Positions 1-10,831 of a DNA stretch of 64,000 bases are shown one piece after another. The notes beneath the pieces were generated by a model. It ran no database searches, was not told where the DNA came from, and saw nothing but the letters and a program-made list of their open reading frames with translations. The stretch lies in IMG/VR virus record IMGVR_UViG_3300032047_003368. The stretch is one strand, 5' to 3'. Every line of letters begins with the position of its first letter. Position 1 is the first letter of the stretch. A program made the translations under genes and the position numbers. The stretch comes from an uncultured virus (IMG/VR IMGVR_UViG_3300032047_003368). Taxonomy: Duplodnaviria; Heunggongvirae; Uroviricota; Caudoviricetes.

Positions 1-1497
1 TGGGCATATAAAAAATTTATATTGAGATAATTTTTGATAATATTCTCTTGGATCAACCTTAAATGTATCTACATAGTCTGTATTTTCAATAAAATCAATC
101 AATGTATATCTTTGTTTTATTTGTTTTGTAAGATGTTTATATCTGTAACTAAACGAACTTGCTACTAATTTATTTTTTTTAAAATTGTTATAATCTAAAT
201 TTATTATATCCAAAATATTGTTTTGTGGTAGTTTATTTAAACCATTGGGTGCAACACCACCTCCTAATATATTTGTTATTAGATATAAAATATTCCCACC
301 CTTTGGAAATGCTTTTACAAAGTCACACTTTATATCTTTTGCTTCATAATAAATTTGTTGAAAATTCTGCGATAATTCGTATAACTCGTTCAGATACAAA
401 CTTAACAAATGATCATCTCCTGCAATTAATATTTTTGAAGATTTATTCTTAAATTGCTCAAATACACCATCTTTAAATGCTTTTAAAAAAACTTTTGTAC
501 CACAAAAAATATGAGTGTTATTTACTTGATTATTTAATCTTAAATAATAACCATGTTCACTGCCATCAGATATTATATTTATCTTAAATAAATCTAACGC
601 AGGCGATGGATTTTTAATATATTGACAAGTAGATTTCCATTTCCAAAACCTCTGTTTTTTCCATTCACCATTATATCGTGCTTTGTGTGGATCGTGCCTA
701 AACCAATTTATATTTTTTATATCGTTAAAGATCACCGAATCTAACTTTTTATTTACACAATAATTTTTTGCATATTTCAAATAGTCTTTATATCTAAGTT
801 CAGCACCAATTTTACTTAGATAACTTGATCGTTTTTGACTTGCGATGTTTTCGTATTTTTTTGCCTTACCTTTACCTTTTCGTTTCCATGATTCCTGTCC
901 TAAATGATTTACTAATAGTTCATCGTGTACACCAATCTTCCAGTTCATGTCTTCACAAGCAAATCCACTCATAAAACAAATTCCGTATCCCAATCCCAAG
1001 TCAGCATCAAATTGTTTTATATGCTCAATGAAGTTTCTATGAATTAATGGACATTGAAAATCAATCCAATCAACGACCCTACAACCACCGGTCTGCCAGT
1101 TTCCCATCTGAGCAAATGTCACACTCTTGGGTTGATCTTTCTTGAAATCTTCAACAATACTAGGAGATACGATCATAAAATCGTTATCAAACAATTGCTC
1201 TCTTAATTTTTTTACAAAGTTTTTTCCGTTTAATGTTAAATCACTATTCAGAAAAAGCAAACTATCATATTCATCGTGTTCAAGAACATAATTGAATGCC
1301 CAATTCAGACCACCACCCCAATAAAGGTTCTCTCCTGTTTGAATTGTTGGATACTTTGAACGTTTAGATTCATCGGAATTGTTATCAAGAACCATTACAT
1401 CATATAAATCACCTGCATACGGACTCAACGACTCGTATAGTGCATCTGTCAAATCTGGAGTATTGTAATTTAATATAAATGCAATTGTTTTTTTCAT
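1..1497 (-). CDS. GT2-like glycosyltransferase fused to a C-terminal exostosin/GT47-like domain (runs off the left edge)
   Basis: Not in the ORF track because no stop falls in the window. ATG at 1497 gives MKKTIAFILNYNTPDLT...VLDNNS...LLFLNSD (GT-A). The same frame ends YYQKLSQYKFFICP, similar to YWEKLSEYQFFVSP in 26871-27761. Confidence 0.65.
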   Translation of the reverse strand, partial: MKKTIAFILNYNTPDLTDALYESLSPYAGDLYDVMVLDNNSDESKRSKYPTIQTGENLYWGGGLNWAFNYVLEHDEYDSLLFLNSDLTLNGKNFVKKLREQLFDNDFMIVSPSIVEDFKKDQPKSVTFAQMGNWQTGGCRVVDWIDFQCPLIHRNFIEHIKQFDADLGLGYGICFMSGFACEDMNWKIGVHDELLVNHLGQESWKRKGKGKAKKYENIASQKRSSYLSKIGAELRYKDYLKYAKNYCVNKKLDSVIFNDIKNINWFRHDPHKARYNGEWKKQRFWKWKSTCQYIKNPSPALDLFKINIISDGSEHGYYLRLNNQVNNTHIFCGTKVFLKAFKDGVFEQFKNKSSKILIAGDDHLLSLYLNELYELSQNFQQIYYEAKDIKCDFVKAFPKGGNILYLITNILGGGVAPNGLNKLPQNNILDIINLDYNNFKKNKLVASSFSYRYKHLTKQIKQRYTLIDFIENTDYVDTFKVDPREYYQKLSQYKFFICP

Positions 1498-1547
1498 CTA
1501 AAATCATCTAGTTGTAGTGTAATTTTTAAAATATCTAATGTCTTTAT

Positions 1548-2261
1548 TTACGTGCGTTGAATTACTACAAGGGAATTACACCTATTTTTTCTATGTACTT
1601 TTGAAGTAAATGGCATTTGATACAAATTTACATTTAAGTCGGTGTATCTTCCACTTTTTTGGTAATTTAAAAAAATATTACACATATGTTGAAATGGGTG
1701 TCCGTGCTTAAAATCTTCAATTACATAAAACCCCCCACTCTTCACTTTATGAATGCTATTTTCAAAAAAACAAATTTGTGCTCTTGGTTTGTGAAGTCCA
1801 TCTTCAATGATTATATCAAACTCCAAATCCTTAAGTTCTTCGTTGTTCCACATTTTATCAATACTACTTTTTTTTGTTTGATCACACTGAAATGTTTTTA
1901 TTCTATCTGTTTCGTATAATATCCTTTCGTCTATATCCGCACCGTACAAAATCGCATTGGGAAAAAATTCAGACCAACCTTCCAAAGATGCTCCCGGAGT
2001 TCCATTTACACCCATACTTGATGCAATATCGGTATTGTTAGTTCCAAGACCAAGTTCAAAAAAATTAAATTTTTTATTTTTTAATTCACTAAATAAACGA
2101 TGGTATAAAGTGGTATAATTATGACTCTTTGAAAGATTTTGGTTTCCTTTATCAGAACCGTACCTTCCCATTATTTCACACAAATCTGTTGATTGAAACG
2201 GCCAAGTTTCTTTTTCTAAATCATTGCTTAAGTTTATTTTTACATTCATTTTATTACCCAT
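1548..2261 (-). CDS. class I SAM-dependent methyltransferase (sugar O-methyltransferase-like)
   Basis: FFELGLG, YGADID and FDIIIEDGLH motifs, plus GGFYVIED. Confidence 0.7.
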   Translation of the reverse strand: MGNKMNVKINLSNDLEKETWPFQSTDLCEIMGRYGSDKGNQNLSKSHNYTTLYHRLFSELKNKKFNFFELGLGTNNTDIASSMGVNGTPGASLEGWSEFFPNAILYGADIDERILYETDRIKTFQCDQTKKSSIDKMWNNEELKDLEFDIIIEDGLHKPRAQICFFENSIHKVKSGGFYVIEDFKHGHPFQHMCNIFLNYQKSGRYTDLNVNLYQMPFTSKVHRKNRCNSLVVIQRT

Positions 2262-2962
2262 AGTTTTCTTCGTTTTAATTGTGTTTCACAATCTGCTTGC
2301 TTCTTCATCAACGGATGACAAACATATGCATTTTCGTCATAATCACTTCGTTTTACAATGTTTTCATTCAACACACATAATTTTGCACCATCTATTTGAA
2401 ATTTCTTATTACCACCCATCGTTATATAAATATTTCTTATATCGACTTTATCAGAAATGTAATTATTAAACTCGCATTGATCATCAAAGTTTTTTTTGTT
2501 TTTTAAAATGCTTTCAAATAAATTTAAAGTAGCATTTGTAGAAGCATAATACATCCAACCCATACACATTGTAAAATTCCATTTTTCGTATGTTTCGGGT
2601 GGAAATCCTCCGGTGTCCGTTGAAGCAATTATATCGTACTTATTATCAATTATGTCCAACGGATTTTTCAACCAAACTGCATCTAAATCTGAGTGAATTA
2701 CATTATATCCACTTTTGACAAATTCGTATGTTTGTTGAAATCTCCATCTCCATCCTTTTCCTGATCGTTTTGGAATTTCACCTTTTATTAGTTTTGTGTT
2801 TACATTATGATCTTTTAGAAATATTTCAGTTTCTGAATCAAGTGCAACAATGAGATAGTTGTTGATGTTTAGTTTTTTTAAATACTCAACCCAATTCAAT
2901 GCGACTTTGACATAATCAAAGTTACAGAATGATAATATAAGTGTTGAGTTTTCATTTTTCAT
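2246..2962 (-). CDS. nucleotide-diphospho-sugar transferase (GT77/PF03407-like)
   Basis: NW..L...N YLIVALD, VIHSDLDAVWLKNP and DDQ..FN motifs. Start chosen at the ATG overlapping the upstream stop (track start 2974). Confidence 0.7.
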   Translation of the reverse strand: MKNENSTLILSFCNFDYVKVALNWVEYLKKLNINNYLIVALDSETEIFLKDHNVNTKLIKGEIPKRSGKGWRWRFQQTYEFVKSGYNVIHSDLDAVWLKNPLDIIDNKYDIIASTDTGGFPPETYEKWNFTMCMGWMYYASTNATLNLFESILKNKKNFDDQCEFNNYISDKVDIRNIYITMGGNKKFQIDGAKLCVLNENIVKRSDYDENAYVCHPLMKKQADCETQLKRRKLWVIK

Positions 2963-4236
2963 TTTATGAACCAATGATTATTTGCTTGCATTGCATTTAC
3001 TTTATCCCATCCATTTCCAATTCCTTTGTAGTGAATCATATAAGGTAGTTCATCGTCTTTGTGGTTTTCCCAATAATCTAAACCACAAAATTCCTTTTCT
3101 GATAATTCTTTTATTTTGATGTCGGTGCAATTTTCAAGCACCTCATTCAAATATTGGTACTCTGATTTTTTGCTTCGTTTAAAGTCAAATAATTCAATCA
3201 TTTTCTCAGTCGGGTTTACTAAATAAAATCCAGTATCGTATGTTCCGTCAGATTTTTTCGGAATAATAATATCATATTTTTCCATATCTGTTATAATAAA
3301 GTCCCACGGATTTTTTAAATACACAACATCAATATCAGACATAATACAAACTTTTCCTTTTGAAATTAAGTCATGTACTTTTGTAAGTTTTTCTCGGGTG
3401 ACCTTATTAAACATATTTTCATTTTCTTCACGATTTATAGTTCTTTGTCCCAATTCTATGATATTCATAAATCCTTCCGATGCAATCATGCCTGTTTTAT
3501 CTAAAGATGCCACTACATTTCGTGATAAAACTCGTTGCCCTCTATCTCGACGATTCGCCACTGCAACAAATTCTATTTTCTTTTTGTATTTATCTACTAT
3601 TGGCTCTATTAGTTTTCTCCACATAATTGCGGAGTAATTTTTTCTTGTTTGAATATTTTCGTCTTCCTGTATTACAAACCTTGGATGTGTCGCATATGAG
3701 TCAAATGATAATCCAAATTTTCTTCCACGTTTGTATACTTGATCTATTGCTATTTTATTTTCTAATAATTTGTCTGATACTTCTTTGCAATATTTCCCAT
3801 TAATTGCATATGCGTGTGCCTGACACATTGATGTATTTATTAAATGTTCATTCACAACTTTATATACATTGTGTGGGATTCCTCCTAAGTAAAAAAGTTT
3901 CCAATCAACTCCGTTTAATGAATTTATTGACTTTGATAGTTGTTCTAAATTCGTTTCAATAAAGTGAATATCACTTTCAAAAATAAATATATTATTTAAA
4001 TTCTGTTTGTGTGCATCCGAGATTATTTTATAGTGGCAATAGTCTGTTTTACTCCACTCCGATGTTGCATCGTAAGTTTCTTTCAACCAATTAGAATCTA
4101 TGACTTCATCAAATCTTTCTACTCTGTCGAGTATGCCAATTTTATCAAACTCTTTTTGAACTTGTATCCACCTTTCAGGTTCATGTTGTCCACAAATGCA
4201 AACAATTTTGTCAAAATAATCAAATGGATTGTTCAT
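2959..4236 (-). CDS. two-domain glycosyltransferase (GT25-like N-terminus + GT77-like C-terminus)
   Basis: N-terminus: FDKIVCI...IFIFESD...AHAYAIN...AID. C-terminus: MSDIDVVYLKNP...TGFY...EYQYLN. Confidence 0.65.
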   Translation of the reverse strand: MNNPFDYFDKIVCICGQHEPERWIQVQKEFDKIGILDRVERFDEVIDSNWLKETYDATSEWSKTDYCHYKIISDAHKQNLNNIFIFESDIHFIETNLEQLSKSINSLNGVDWKLFYLGGIPHNVYKVVNEHLINTSMCQAHAYAINGKYCKEVSDKLLENKIAIDQVYKRGRKFGLSFDSYATHPRFVIQEDENIQTRKNYSAIMWRKLIEPIVDKYKKKIEFVAVANRRDRGQRVLSRNVVASLDKTGMIASEGFMNIIELGQRTINREENENMFNKVTREKLTKVHDLISKGKVCIMSDIDVVYLKNPWDFIITDMEKYDIIIPKKSDGTYDTGFYLVNPTEKMIELFDFKRSKKSEYQYLNEVLENCTDIKIKELSEKEFCGLDYWENHKDDELPYMIHYKGIGNGWDKVNAMQANNHWFIK

Positions 4237-4242
4237 AATTTT

Positions 4243-5022
4243 CTACCCATAAATATGTTCAAATATTAAATCTGTAACGGAGCTCATATGCTTGTTTGTT
4301 GGAACATGAAGAATACACGGAAAGGTATTTGTTTTTTCATTGCGAAGTCTACCGTTTTTAAAATTATTTGGTAAGTAATTATCAGTCATTTTTACTTTTA
4401 ATTCTTTTACGTGCAGTTCCCACTTTTTATCACTTACAGGCCAATTTGGTTTGTCGCAAAAAATGTCAGTCCAAATAAGTTCTTTTTTAAAATCAAGTTT
4501 GATTGGTTCTTTTTTATTTGCGTATCTTTTTGATACATAACCTTGATCATTTGACCATTTCCATTTTGGAATATTTTTTACATCATAAATTAAATTTTTG
4601 TACATTTTTTTTAAATCAGAAACATACCCAATCACAACTCCTGAATTCAGATACTTATATGTTTCATTCTTAGCAAGTTTCATAATTTTTTTATGGTCAG
4701 GTGAGTTGTATCTTAGTCCGGCCAAATGTGTCTCCGCACCAAATAAAATTCTTGTATTTAATGATTTAAATTTTTTTAAAATTTCACCTTCGGATGCTAA
4801 GTAAATTACATCAAATGCGTCAGTACACATAATAATTTCATTTTCATTTAGTTCTTGTAGTTTTTCATATAACCAAATATTTTTTCCACAAAGTTTACCA
4901 TCCTCATTTATATCACGACCATGCCCTATTATTTCTACAGTTATGTTATTAATACGAGCAGATTTAATTAATCTTGCAAGTCGTTCATCATTTTCGTTGT
5001 TGCTCCATGTATAAAATTTCAT
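4243..5022 (-). CDS. PLOD/LH3-type glycosyltransferase domain protein
   Basis: IMCTDAFDVI, ILFGAE, YKYLNSGVVIG, NDQ and PCILH motifs. Confidence 0.65.
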   Translation of the reverse strand: MKFYTWSNNENDERLARLIKSARINNITVEIIGHGRDINEDGKLCGKNIWLYEKLQELNENEIIMCTDAFDVIYLASEGEILKKFKSLNTRILFGAETHLAGLRYNSPDHKKIMKLAKNETYKYLNSGVVIGYVSDLKKMYKNLIYDVKNIPKWKWSNDQGYVSKRYANKKEPIKLDFKKELIWTDIFCDKPNWPVSDKKWELHVKELKVKMTDNYLPNNFKNGRLRNEKTNTFPCILHVPTNKHMSSVTDLIFEHIYG

Positions 5023-5023
5023 T

Positions 5024-5947
5024 TTAATTTAACTCCTTTTCAAAAAAATCATAAAACTGATCCATTATACAATTTTCTTGGTATTTATTTTCAGCCTCAG
5101 AAAACCAATGATATGCGAATGCTCCTTTGTAGAAGTTATCAAAGTTGTATAGTTTATTTGTTTTTAAAAACGGGTTTAACCAAGATTGATTTTTGTCAAA
5201 AGTAATATCAGGATTACATCCCATCCATTGTGGATTGAACCAGTAACACGGAAGTACAAGAAAATCAATTGGAAGATCATATGTTAAGTATGCTTCTTGA
5301 AATCCCCACCCTTTATTTTTTTCAATAATATACTTTATCATTTTTTTCAATTCAGGATGTCTTTTTTTCATTGTAAAAAATATTGCACCATTTGGATAAG
5401 GATGTGGTTTAAGAGGCGGTGGACCGATTCTCTTAAAAGGCTGCCATGCGTATACACAAACATTATCAGAAAAGTTGCTTAACAACGGACTGCAATTTTT
5501 CAGAAACAATACATCTAGATCAAAATAAAAACCACCATAACAATATAAAATACAATATCTTACTAAATCAGAATAAAATGATTGATCATGTTTATTCACA
5601 TAACTAGTAAAAATATTCATTTTAAAGTCCGATTTAAATTGATTTATATCCCATTTTTTAACATCTGCGAATTTCTTTATCTTTGTATAATATTCATTTT
5701 CTTCGAATTTTTCACCTGTCCATAAAATTATTTTTCTATTTTTGTAATTTCTTACATTGAAATAATAACAAGACATTATTGAAAGCAAATGAAATTTATT
5801 TAGTTGCCCACTCCAATAACAATGAAATATAACTTCGTTGGTGTAATCTTCTTTGAGTTTGCTTCCTTGTTCAATTATGTAATCGTAAGTTTTTTTGGTA
5901 CAACTATATTTTTTTCTTAGAAACTCTTCTTTGTGTAGGATTTTCAT
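5024..5947 (-). CDS. GT32-like DXD glycosyltransferase
   Basis: FHCYW, SDLVRYCILYCYGGFYFDLDV and AYHW motifs. Confidence 0.7.
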   Translation of the reverse strand: MKILHKEEFLRKKYSCTKKTYDYIIEQGSKLKEDYTNEVIFHCYWSGQLNKFHLLSIMSCYYFNVRNYKNRKIILWTGEKFEENEYYTKIKKFADVKKWDINQFKSDFKMNIFTSYVNKHDQSFYSDLVRYCILYCYGGFYFDLDVLFLKNCSPLLSNFSDNVCVYAWQPFKRIGPPPLKPHPYPNGAIFFTMKKRHPELKKMIKYIIEKNKGWGFQEAYLTYDLPIDFLVLPCYWFNPQWMGCNPDITFDKNQSWLNPFLKTNKLYNFDNFYKGAFAYHWFSEAENKYQENCIMDQFYDFFEKELN

Positions 5948-6753
5948 AATTTGATATATCTACATTTTTCGTAGTTTTTTGCTATTCTATCAAGATTCTT
6001 ACCTAAGTGAGATGCTAAACGAATTCCACTTCTTCTACTTGCCATCGCATTACATTTATACTTTACTGATAAGTTTGTCAAAATTGATTGTTCCCATCTG
6101 TGTCTTCCACCAGGATCTTTATCTGCGTTTACATCGTGTGCAACTACATTTTCCTGTAAACACCAGTTTAACCACTCTGACACGAACTCTACTGTTTTTG
6201 GAGTTTTTTTCCAAATTGACCACGTTGCTTGTATTTGCTTACAGCCGTGCTTTGTATACTTTTTATCAGTGCATCCCATTAAATCAAAACACTCAGGTTT
6301 TGTCCACCTCGGTTGAACCAATCCAAATTGTTGTAATCCAACAAGCATTTCGTAGTTTTCGTCTACATAAGTTAGAAAAGGTTTAAACGAACAAGTAAAG
6401 TATGGGTATATGGGATTGCAATCCCAATAAACAACCATGTCATTTTCGTTTATGTTTTGTAATAAATCATATATTATATAAGGTTTCCAAGCATAGTAGC
6501 CGTGGTTGTAACGGTCAAACCAATCTTTTCGTTCTTTGTAAAATTCTGTGTCAATTATATTTCTATCTTGTTTTTTATCATCAAACCCCCATTGAACGAT
6601 TTCGTCCATTTCTGTTAACTCAAATAATTTTTTACGCAAACATTGTACTTCAGTATATGATGAAACTTTTGCTTCTTGTGCAGACTTCTCTGCTTTATAT
6701 CTCCAGTTCTCTCCGTTATCGTTACGAGTGTAATCTAAATAATATGTTTTCAT
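5944..6753 (-). CDS. putative glycosyltransferase (GT-A-like)
   Basis: GYYAWKPYII, VVYWD and HRWEQSILT motifs; island context. Confidence 0.5.
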   Translation of the reverse strand: MKTYYLDYTRNDNGENWRYKAEKSAQEAKVSSYTEVQCLRKKLFELTEMDEIVQWGFDDKKQDRNIIDTEFYKERKDWFDRYNHGYYAWKPYIIYDLLQNINENDMVVYWDCNPIYPYFTCSFKPFLTYVDENYEMLVGLQQFGLVQPRWTKPECFDLMGCTDKKYTKHGCKQIQATWSIWKKTPKTVEFVSEWLNWCLQENVVAHDVNADKDPGGRHRWEQSILTNLSVKYKCNAMASRRSGIRLASHLGKNLDRIAKNYEKCRYIKL

Positions 6754-7406
6754 GATATATCACTTTCAAATGAACTATCTGGTTTAAATAATTTTGGATT
6801 TACAAAATATTTTTTTATTTGACGATTTCTTGCATAGTATTTGTCTACATGACCTTGCCTACCAAAAGTTTTCCAATTAAAAGGATCAATGTTTTTTATT
6901 AGTTTATCGTATATCGTGTGATTATAGGCAAGTGCCAATGTACGGTGAATTCCTCGTTTTCTATTTGATTTACACTTACATAAGTTTTTGCCTACCGGCA
7001 CTATCAAATTTTCTGCTTTGTGCAAAGTATATCCCAAATAGAAAATATCGTAATGTTCTAAATCCGAAATCGCCGATGATAAATTATCTTTCCAATTATC
7101 TTCAATAGTAAAATCGTCTTCAAATACCATTACATTTTTATACTTATTTTCTTTTGCTATTTTAATTATTGCTTTGTGACTTTCTGCACAACCAACTGCT
7201 CCTGTCAATGGATACCTTGCTGAATTTTTCCAAAGAGTTGGACGATCCCATCTACTATCCTTAATAGGTTTTATTGCTGAAAATCTTTGAACTCTTTCGG
7301 AAATACTAAGCACACCGAATTGTTTTTGGGAATGCTCCCATCTATCCGGTCTTTCATCTAAATTTATGCAGTAAATTGCATCAAAAAAATCAAATGGATT
7401 TTTCAT
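6750..7406 (-). CDS. GT25-family glycosyltransferase
   Basis: IYCINLDERPDRW, GAVGCAESH and VFEDD motifs. Confidence 0.8.
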   Translation of the reverse strand: MKNPFDFFDAIYCINLDERPDRWEHSQKQFGVLSISERVQRFSAIKPIKDSRWDRPTLWKNSARYPLTGAVGCAESHKAIIKIAKENKYKNVMVFEDDFTIEDNWKDNLSSAISDLEHYDIFYLGYTLHKAENLIVPVGKNLCKCKSNRKRGIHRTLALAYNHTIYDKLIKNIDPFNWKTFGRQGHVDKYYARNRQIKKYFVNPKLFKPDSSFESDIS

Positions 7407-8131
7407 TTAATTACCTCCTCAAAATGTTTTTCTAAATATCCCCATTGCTTTAATTTTTGACACAACTTTGAATGTAGTCTTATTGTGTTGTGTACTCTGA
7501 AATCGATTGCATCGTTTTTTGTAAAATCTCCATCGTCTTTATTTTCACGATAAGTTTTACAAAATTCTGAAATATGATTTACATATCTTTCATCTCTCCA
7601 ACTTCTGCTCCAATGATAATGAATTACACCCGTAAAATTATTATAGTTTAATTCAGTTAAATCAAAATATCTGTCTTGATCATTTTTTGATGCGTGACGA
7701 TATGCCCAATTTCTTAAATGAGGTCTATCATTTGATCCATAAACTGAATGTTTTTTGATAAAAGTTTGAGCACTATATGGCATGACATAATTAACGTTTA
7801 ATAATACTCCAAATAAAACCGAAGCATATCCACCAAGAGAAGAACCAGTAAAAACAACATTTTCACAGTTTGACTCCGATATAATTCTTTTGAAAAGTTC
7901 TACATGAGAATCGATTCCATTTGATATAGCATTGTTTTCATCGTCAAACAGTGTTCCCATGTAATATGCTTTTTGTACATCTCGTACAGATACTAACTTG
8001 ACTGGACGATCTTTAAAAAAATTTACCCATTCATACCCCACAACTCCAGCAGAACCTTGTCCTGCGAATGAGAACACAATTGTTTTGGCTGAATCGTTTT
8101 CAAAACCTATCTTTTGGAGACTTCCACCCAT
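7403..8131 (-). CDS. alpha/beta-hydrolase-fold protein (putative esterase)
   Basis: TGSSLGGY nucleophile elbow; paralogous to 12853-13626. Confidence 0.6.
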   Translation of the reverse strand: MGGSLQKIGFENDSAKTIVFSFAGQGSAGVVGYEWVNFFKDRPVKLVSVRDVQKAYYMGTLFDDENNAISNGIDSHVELFKRIISESNCENVVFTGSSLGGYASVLFGVLLNVNYVMPYSAQTFIKKHSVYGSNDRPHLRNWAYRHASKNDQDRYFDLTELNYNNFTGVIHYHWSRSWRDERYVNHISEFCKTYRENKDDGDFTKNDAIDFRVHNTIRLHSKLCQKLKQWGYLEKHFEEVIK

Positions 8132-8757
8132 TATTGATTCCCTACAAAATTTTCTAAAATAAAATTAGAAATATTTTCACCTAAAAGTTTTCGTCCGTGT
8201 TCTTCAAAATGGCAATTGTTTTCTGCCCGTGGGTGTAAATATAGACGAGGATAATCTTCTTGTGCTTTTACAAACCCATACAAATCATTATGTGGAACAT
8301 CATATTTTTCCATGACACGTTTTGCTATTTCATTTAAAATAACAACATCTTCATCTTTTCTCATACCAGCATTTTTCGGATTTGGTGTTGTGTTTGAAAA
8401 TAAGACGTGACGGTCGTAGCTTCTTAATACCTCTATGTGCTTAATAAGTTCTTCCTCGTATATTTCAAAACTTTTTTCAGGTGCTCTTTGTACATCCGGA
8501 TCGTGTCCTTTTGCAGGTAATTTTATACTATGCAAACCAAAATTGAAATGAACAGTTTTTGCTTTAAGTTTTCTTCCATTGTAGCATCTTTTCATTACAA
8601 ACGCACCGTCAATATATCGTTGTTGCTTCCATTGACAAGAAACAAATTTTTCTGGTATTACTGCTTCTATCTCTTTTTCTAGAAGTTTGCTTTCTAAGTA
8701 AGGAAAGTAATGTCTTGCGATTGAATCACCTAGTATTAATACTTTTTCATTCTCCAT
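8131..8757 (-). CDS. SGNH/GDSL hydrolase
   Basis: LILGDSI, HFNFGLH and C-terminal NCHF; GGAGA RBS upstream. Confidence 0.7.
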   Translation of the reverse strand: MENEKVLILGDSIARHYFPYLESKLLEKEIEAVIPEKFVSCQWKQQRYIDGAFVMKRCYNGRKLKAKTVHFNFGLHSIKLPAKGHDPDVQRAPEKSFEIYEEELIKHIEVLRSYDRHVLFSNTTPNPKNAGMRKDEDVVILNEIAKRVMEKYDVPHNDLYGFVKAQEDYPRLYLHPRAENNCHFEEHGRKLLGENISNFILENFVGNQ

Positions 8758-8776
8758 ATTTTTAATTCTCCGTAAT

Positions 8777-9466
8777 TTATTTATTTTTATATAATGATAT
8801 TCTTAAACGAGTATTAGTGTGTGTTGGACTTAAATCACTAGTTATGTCGTATTGTGATGTTAACGATGGTACACTAGCAAATGTTTGAGGACACAATATA
8901 AATTGATAATATTTATCAGCACCTCCTGTTCTTTTACCAAATTTTTTAGTTAAAGCATCCCATAAACCATCGTGATAATCTTCGTAGATTTTATCATATA
9001 TGGTATTATTTACAGCATAAGATTGAGCCCAACCAACAGAATTTGCTTTCATTGTGTAACTATGTTTTTCATCGAAATCACCTTTAAAATCATTTCTCAA
9101 TCTCTCATACACTTTTCTTGGTTTGATTCTACGTTCCAATCCACCCAAATAATAAAATTCCCAATAATTATCTTTTAAAGTATCTATTGAATTTTTTATT
9201 TTTCGTTCATCGTAACAAGGAAGAAAAACAACATCATCTTCAAATATTAGAATATTTTTTAACTTATTTTTTCGAGCATTTAGTATACATTGAATGTGAC
9301 TCTCGAAACAACCTTTTTGTCCATCTACATTTTCAACTGCACTGAATCTTCGCACACGATCTAAAATGTTTATTTTATCAAACTCTTTTTGCATGAGCTC
9401 CCATCTATCGGTTCGTCTGTCAAGATTTATACAAACAATTTCTTCAAAGTAATCAAAAGCACTCAT
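8777..9466 (-). CDS. GT25-family glycosyltransferase
   Basis: VCINLDRRTDRW, GCFESH and IFEDD motifs; start at MSAFDYF. Confidence 0.8.
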   Translation of the reverse strand: MSAFDYFEEIVCINLDRRTDRWELMQKEFDKINILDRVRRFSAVENVDGQKGCFESHIQCILNARKNKLKNILIFEDDVVFLPCYDERKIKNSIDTLKDNYWEFYYLGGLERRIKPRKVYERLRNDFKGDFDEKHSYTMKANSVGWAQSYAVNNTIYDKIYEDYHDGLWDALTKKFGKRTGGADKYYQFILCPQTFASVPSLTSQYDITSDLSPTHTNTRLRISLYKNK

Positions 9467-10191
9467 TTTTTTACAAAATTCTCCCATATTTTAAAATAAT
9501 TAGCACAATGTTTTACGAATTTAGTACGATAATCACGGAAACCTTTCCAACTTGAGACGGCTCTTGATCTTTTGTTTTCACGACCTTGTATTGGATTTAT
9601 ATTTCCTAAGCCTCTGATTGCCAAATTATCAACTTTATAGTGAAATCTCGCAACCGCAGACAGAAATATATCTTCTCCATTCCAAAACGGAATTCCTTCT
9701 TTTAATATTTCTGATACAATCGGAGCATACTTAAAGAATTCATTTGCAAGTTTTTTTTCAAACATCACACACTTCGTTAGCAACACACAAACGGAGCCGT
9801 AACGACTATGTAAATTATATCTTCCATGTTTGAAATTCTGACCAAAAGGACCAATCAATCTTTTTGGATTTTTAACATGGATTTTGTGCATTTTTTTTAC
9901 TGCATCTTCAGTCGGATACTCGTCATCGTCAATCATTAGAATTATTTCGTTTTTTGCGCCTAAAGATGCAAGAAATCTACGACTCAATCCGTAATATTCG
10001 TTTATTTCACCCCAATCTTTCCGATTCACAATCTTTGGGTGGTCAAATTCAAAATATGTATCCTTACGACCATGTGAAATAATAATTTCGTCAAGCAATT
10101 CATATTTCGTCATGACAGGAAGAATATCATTTTGCAAAACTTCAGGGCGAAGCCAGTTCATAACAACCATTGATACTTTTTTACCACTCAT
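9463..10191 (-). CDS. GT64 (EXTL2/exostosin C-terminal-like) glycosyltransferase
   Basis: SRRF...ILMIDDD, VLLTK and NGEDIFLS motifs. Confidence 0.65.
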   Translation of the reverse strand: MSGKKVSMVVMNWLRPEVLQNDILPVMTKYELLDEIIISHGRKDTYFEFDHPKIVNRKDWGEINEYYGLSRRFLASLGAKNEIILMIDDDEYPTEDAVKKMHKIHVKNPKRLIGPFGQNFKHGRYNLHSRYGSVCVLLTKCVMFEKKLANEFFKYAPIVSEILKEGIPFWNGEDIFLSAVARFHYKVDNLAIRGLGNINPIQGRENKRSRAVSSWKGFRDYRTKFVKHCANYFKIWENFVKK

Positions 10192-10219
10192 CTTTTATAA
10201 ATATCAATTATTATATTTT

Positions 10220-10828
10220 CTATTCCCCAAATTTGTAATTAAAATACTCAATGTCTTTTGCGTATTTTTCCGCAACTATTTGACGTGTTTCATCGTCATA
10301 GTATTCAGTATAGTGTTTGTGTTTGCTTTTGTTTTTGTGTGGAAGTTGTTGATGCGGAATTCCAATTTTGTCGCAAATGATGTCAAAGTCTTTTTGGAGA
10401 TTTTCAAATCTGCCTATGAAATCTGTCACAATTTCTCCGTCTTTATTTTTTATCCATCCTAATTGTGTTGACAGTACTCTAAGTTGAAGTTTATTTGTAA
10501 CATTGTAATAAATAGGATCTTTTTCGTGTATTCGTTTTGCCCACTCTTTAAAAGAAATAGGATTGTTTTTAAGATTTGTTTGATTTGTTTTTATTCGGTA
10601 TTTGTACAAAGATAAGAATCTGTCCCAACTATTTCTTACAAATGCAAATTTGAAATAATGTTTTGTTTCTTCATTAAGCATATCATTTATACTTTTATGT
10701 TGGTCCACACATTTTCGTTTTCTTCTTGCAATATACGATTCCACAAATGGTTTTAATGAGTTAACAACAGATGTTCCTGCGGTTTTATTTATGTGAATAA
10801 AAATGAAATTATGTCGATGACTTATCAT
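10220..10828 (-). CDS. sulfotransferase family 2 (PF03567-like)
   Basis: FIHINKTAGTS (5'-PSB), FAFVRNSWDRFLS (3'-PB) and DFIGRFENL. Confidence 0.85.
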   Translation of the reverse strand: MISHRHNFIFIHINKTAGTSVVNSLKPFVESYIARRKRKCVDQHKSINDMLNEETKHYFKFAFVRNSWDRFLSLYKYRIKTNQTNLKNNPISFKEWAKRIHEKDPIYYNVTNKLQLRVLSTQLGWIKNKDGEIVTDFIGRFENLQKDFDIICDKIGIPHQQLPHKNKSKHKHYTEYYDDETRQIVAEKYAKDIEYFNYKFGE

Positions 10829-10831
10829 TTC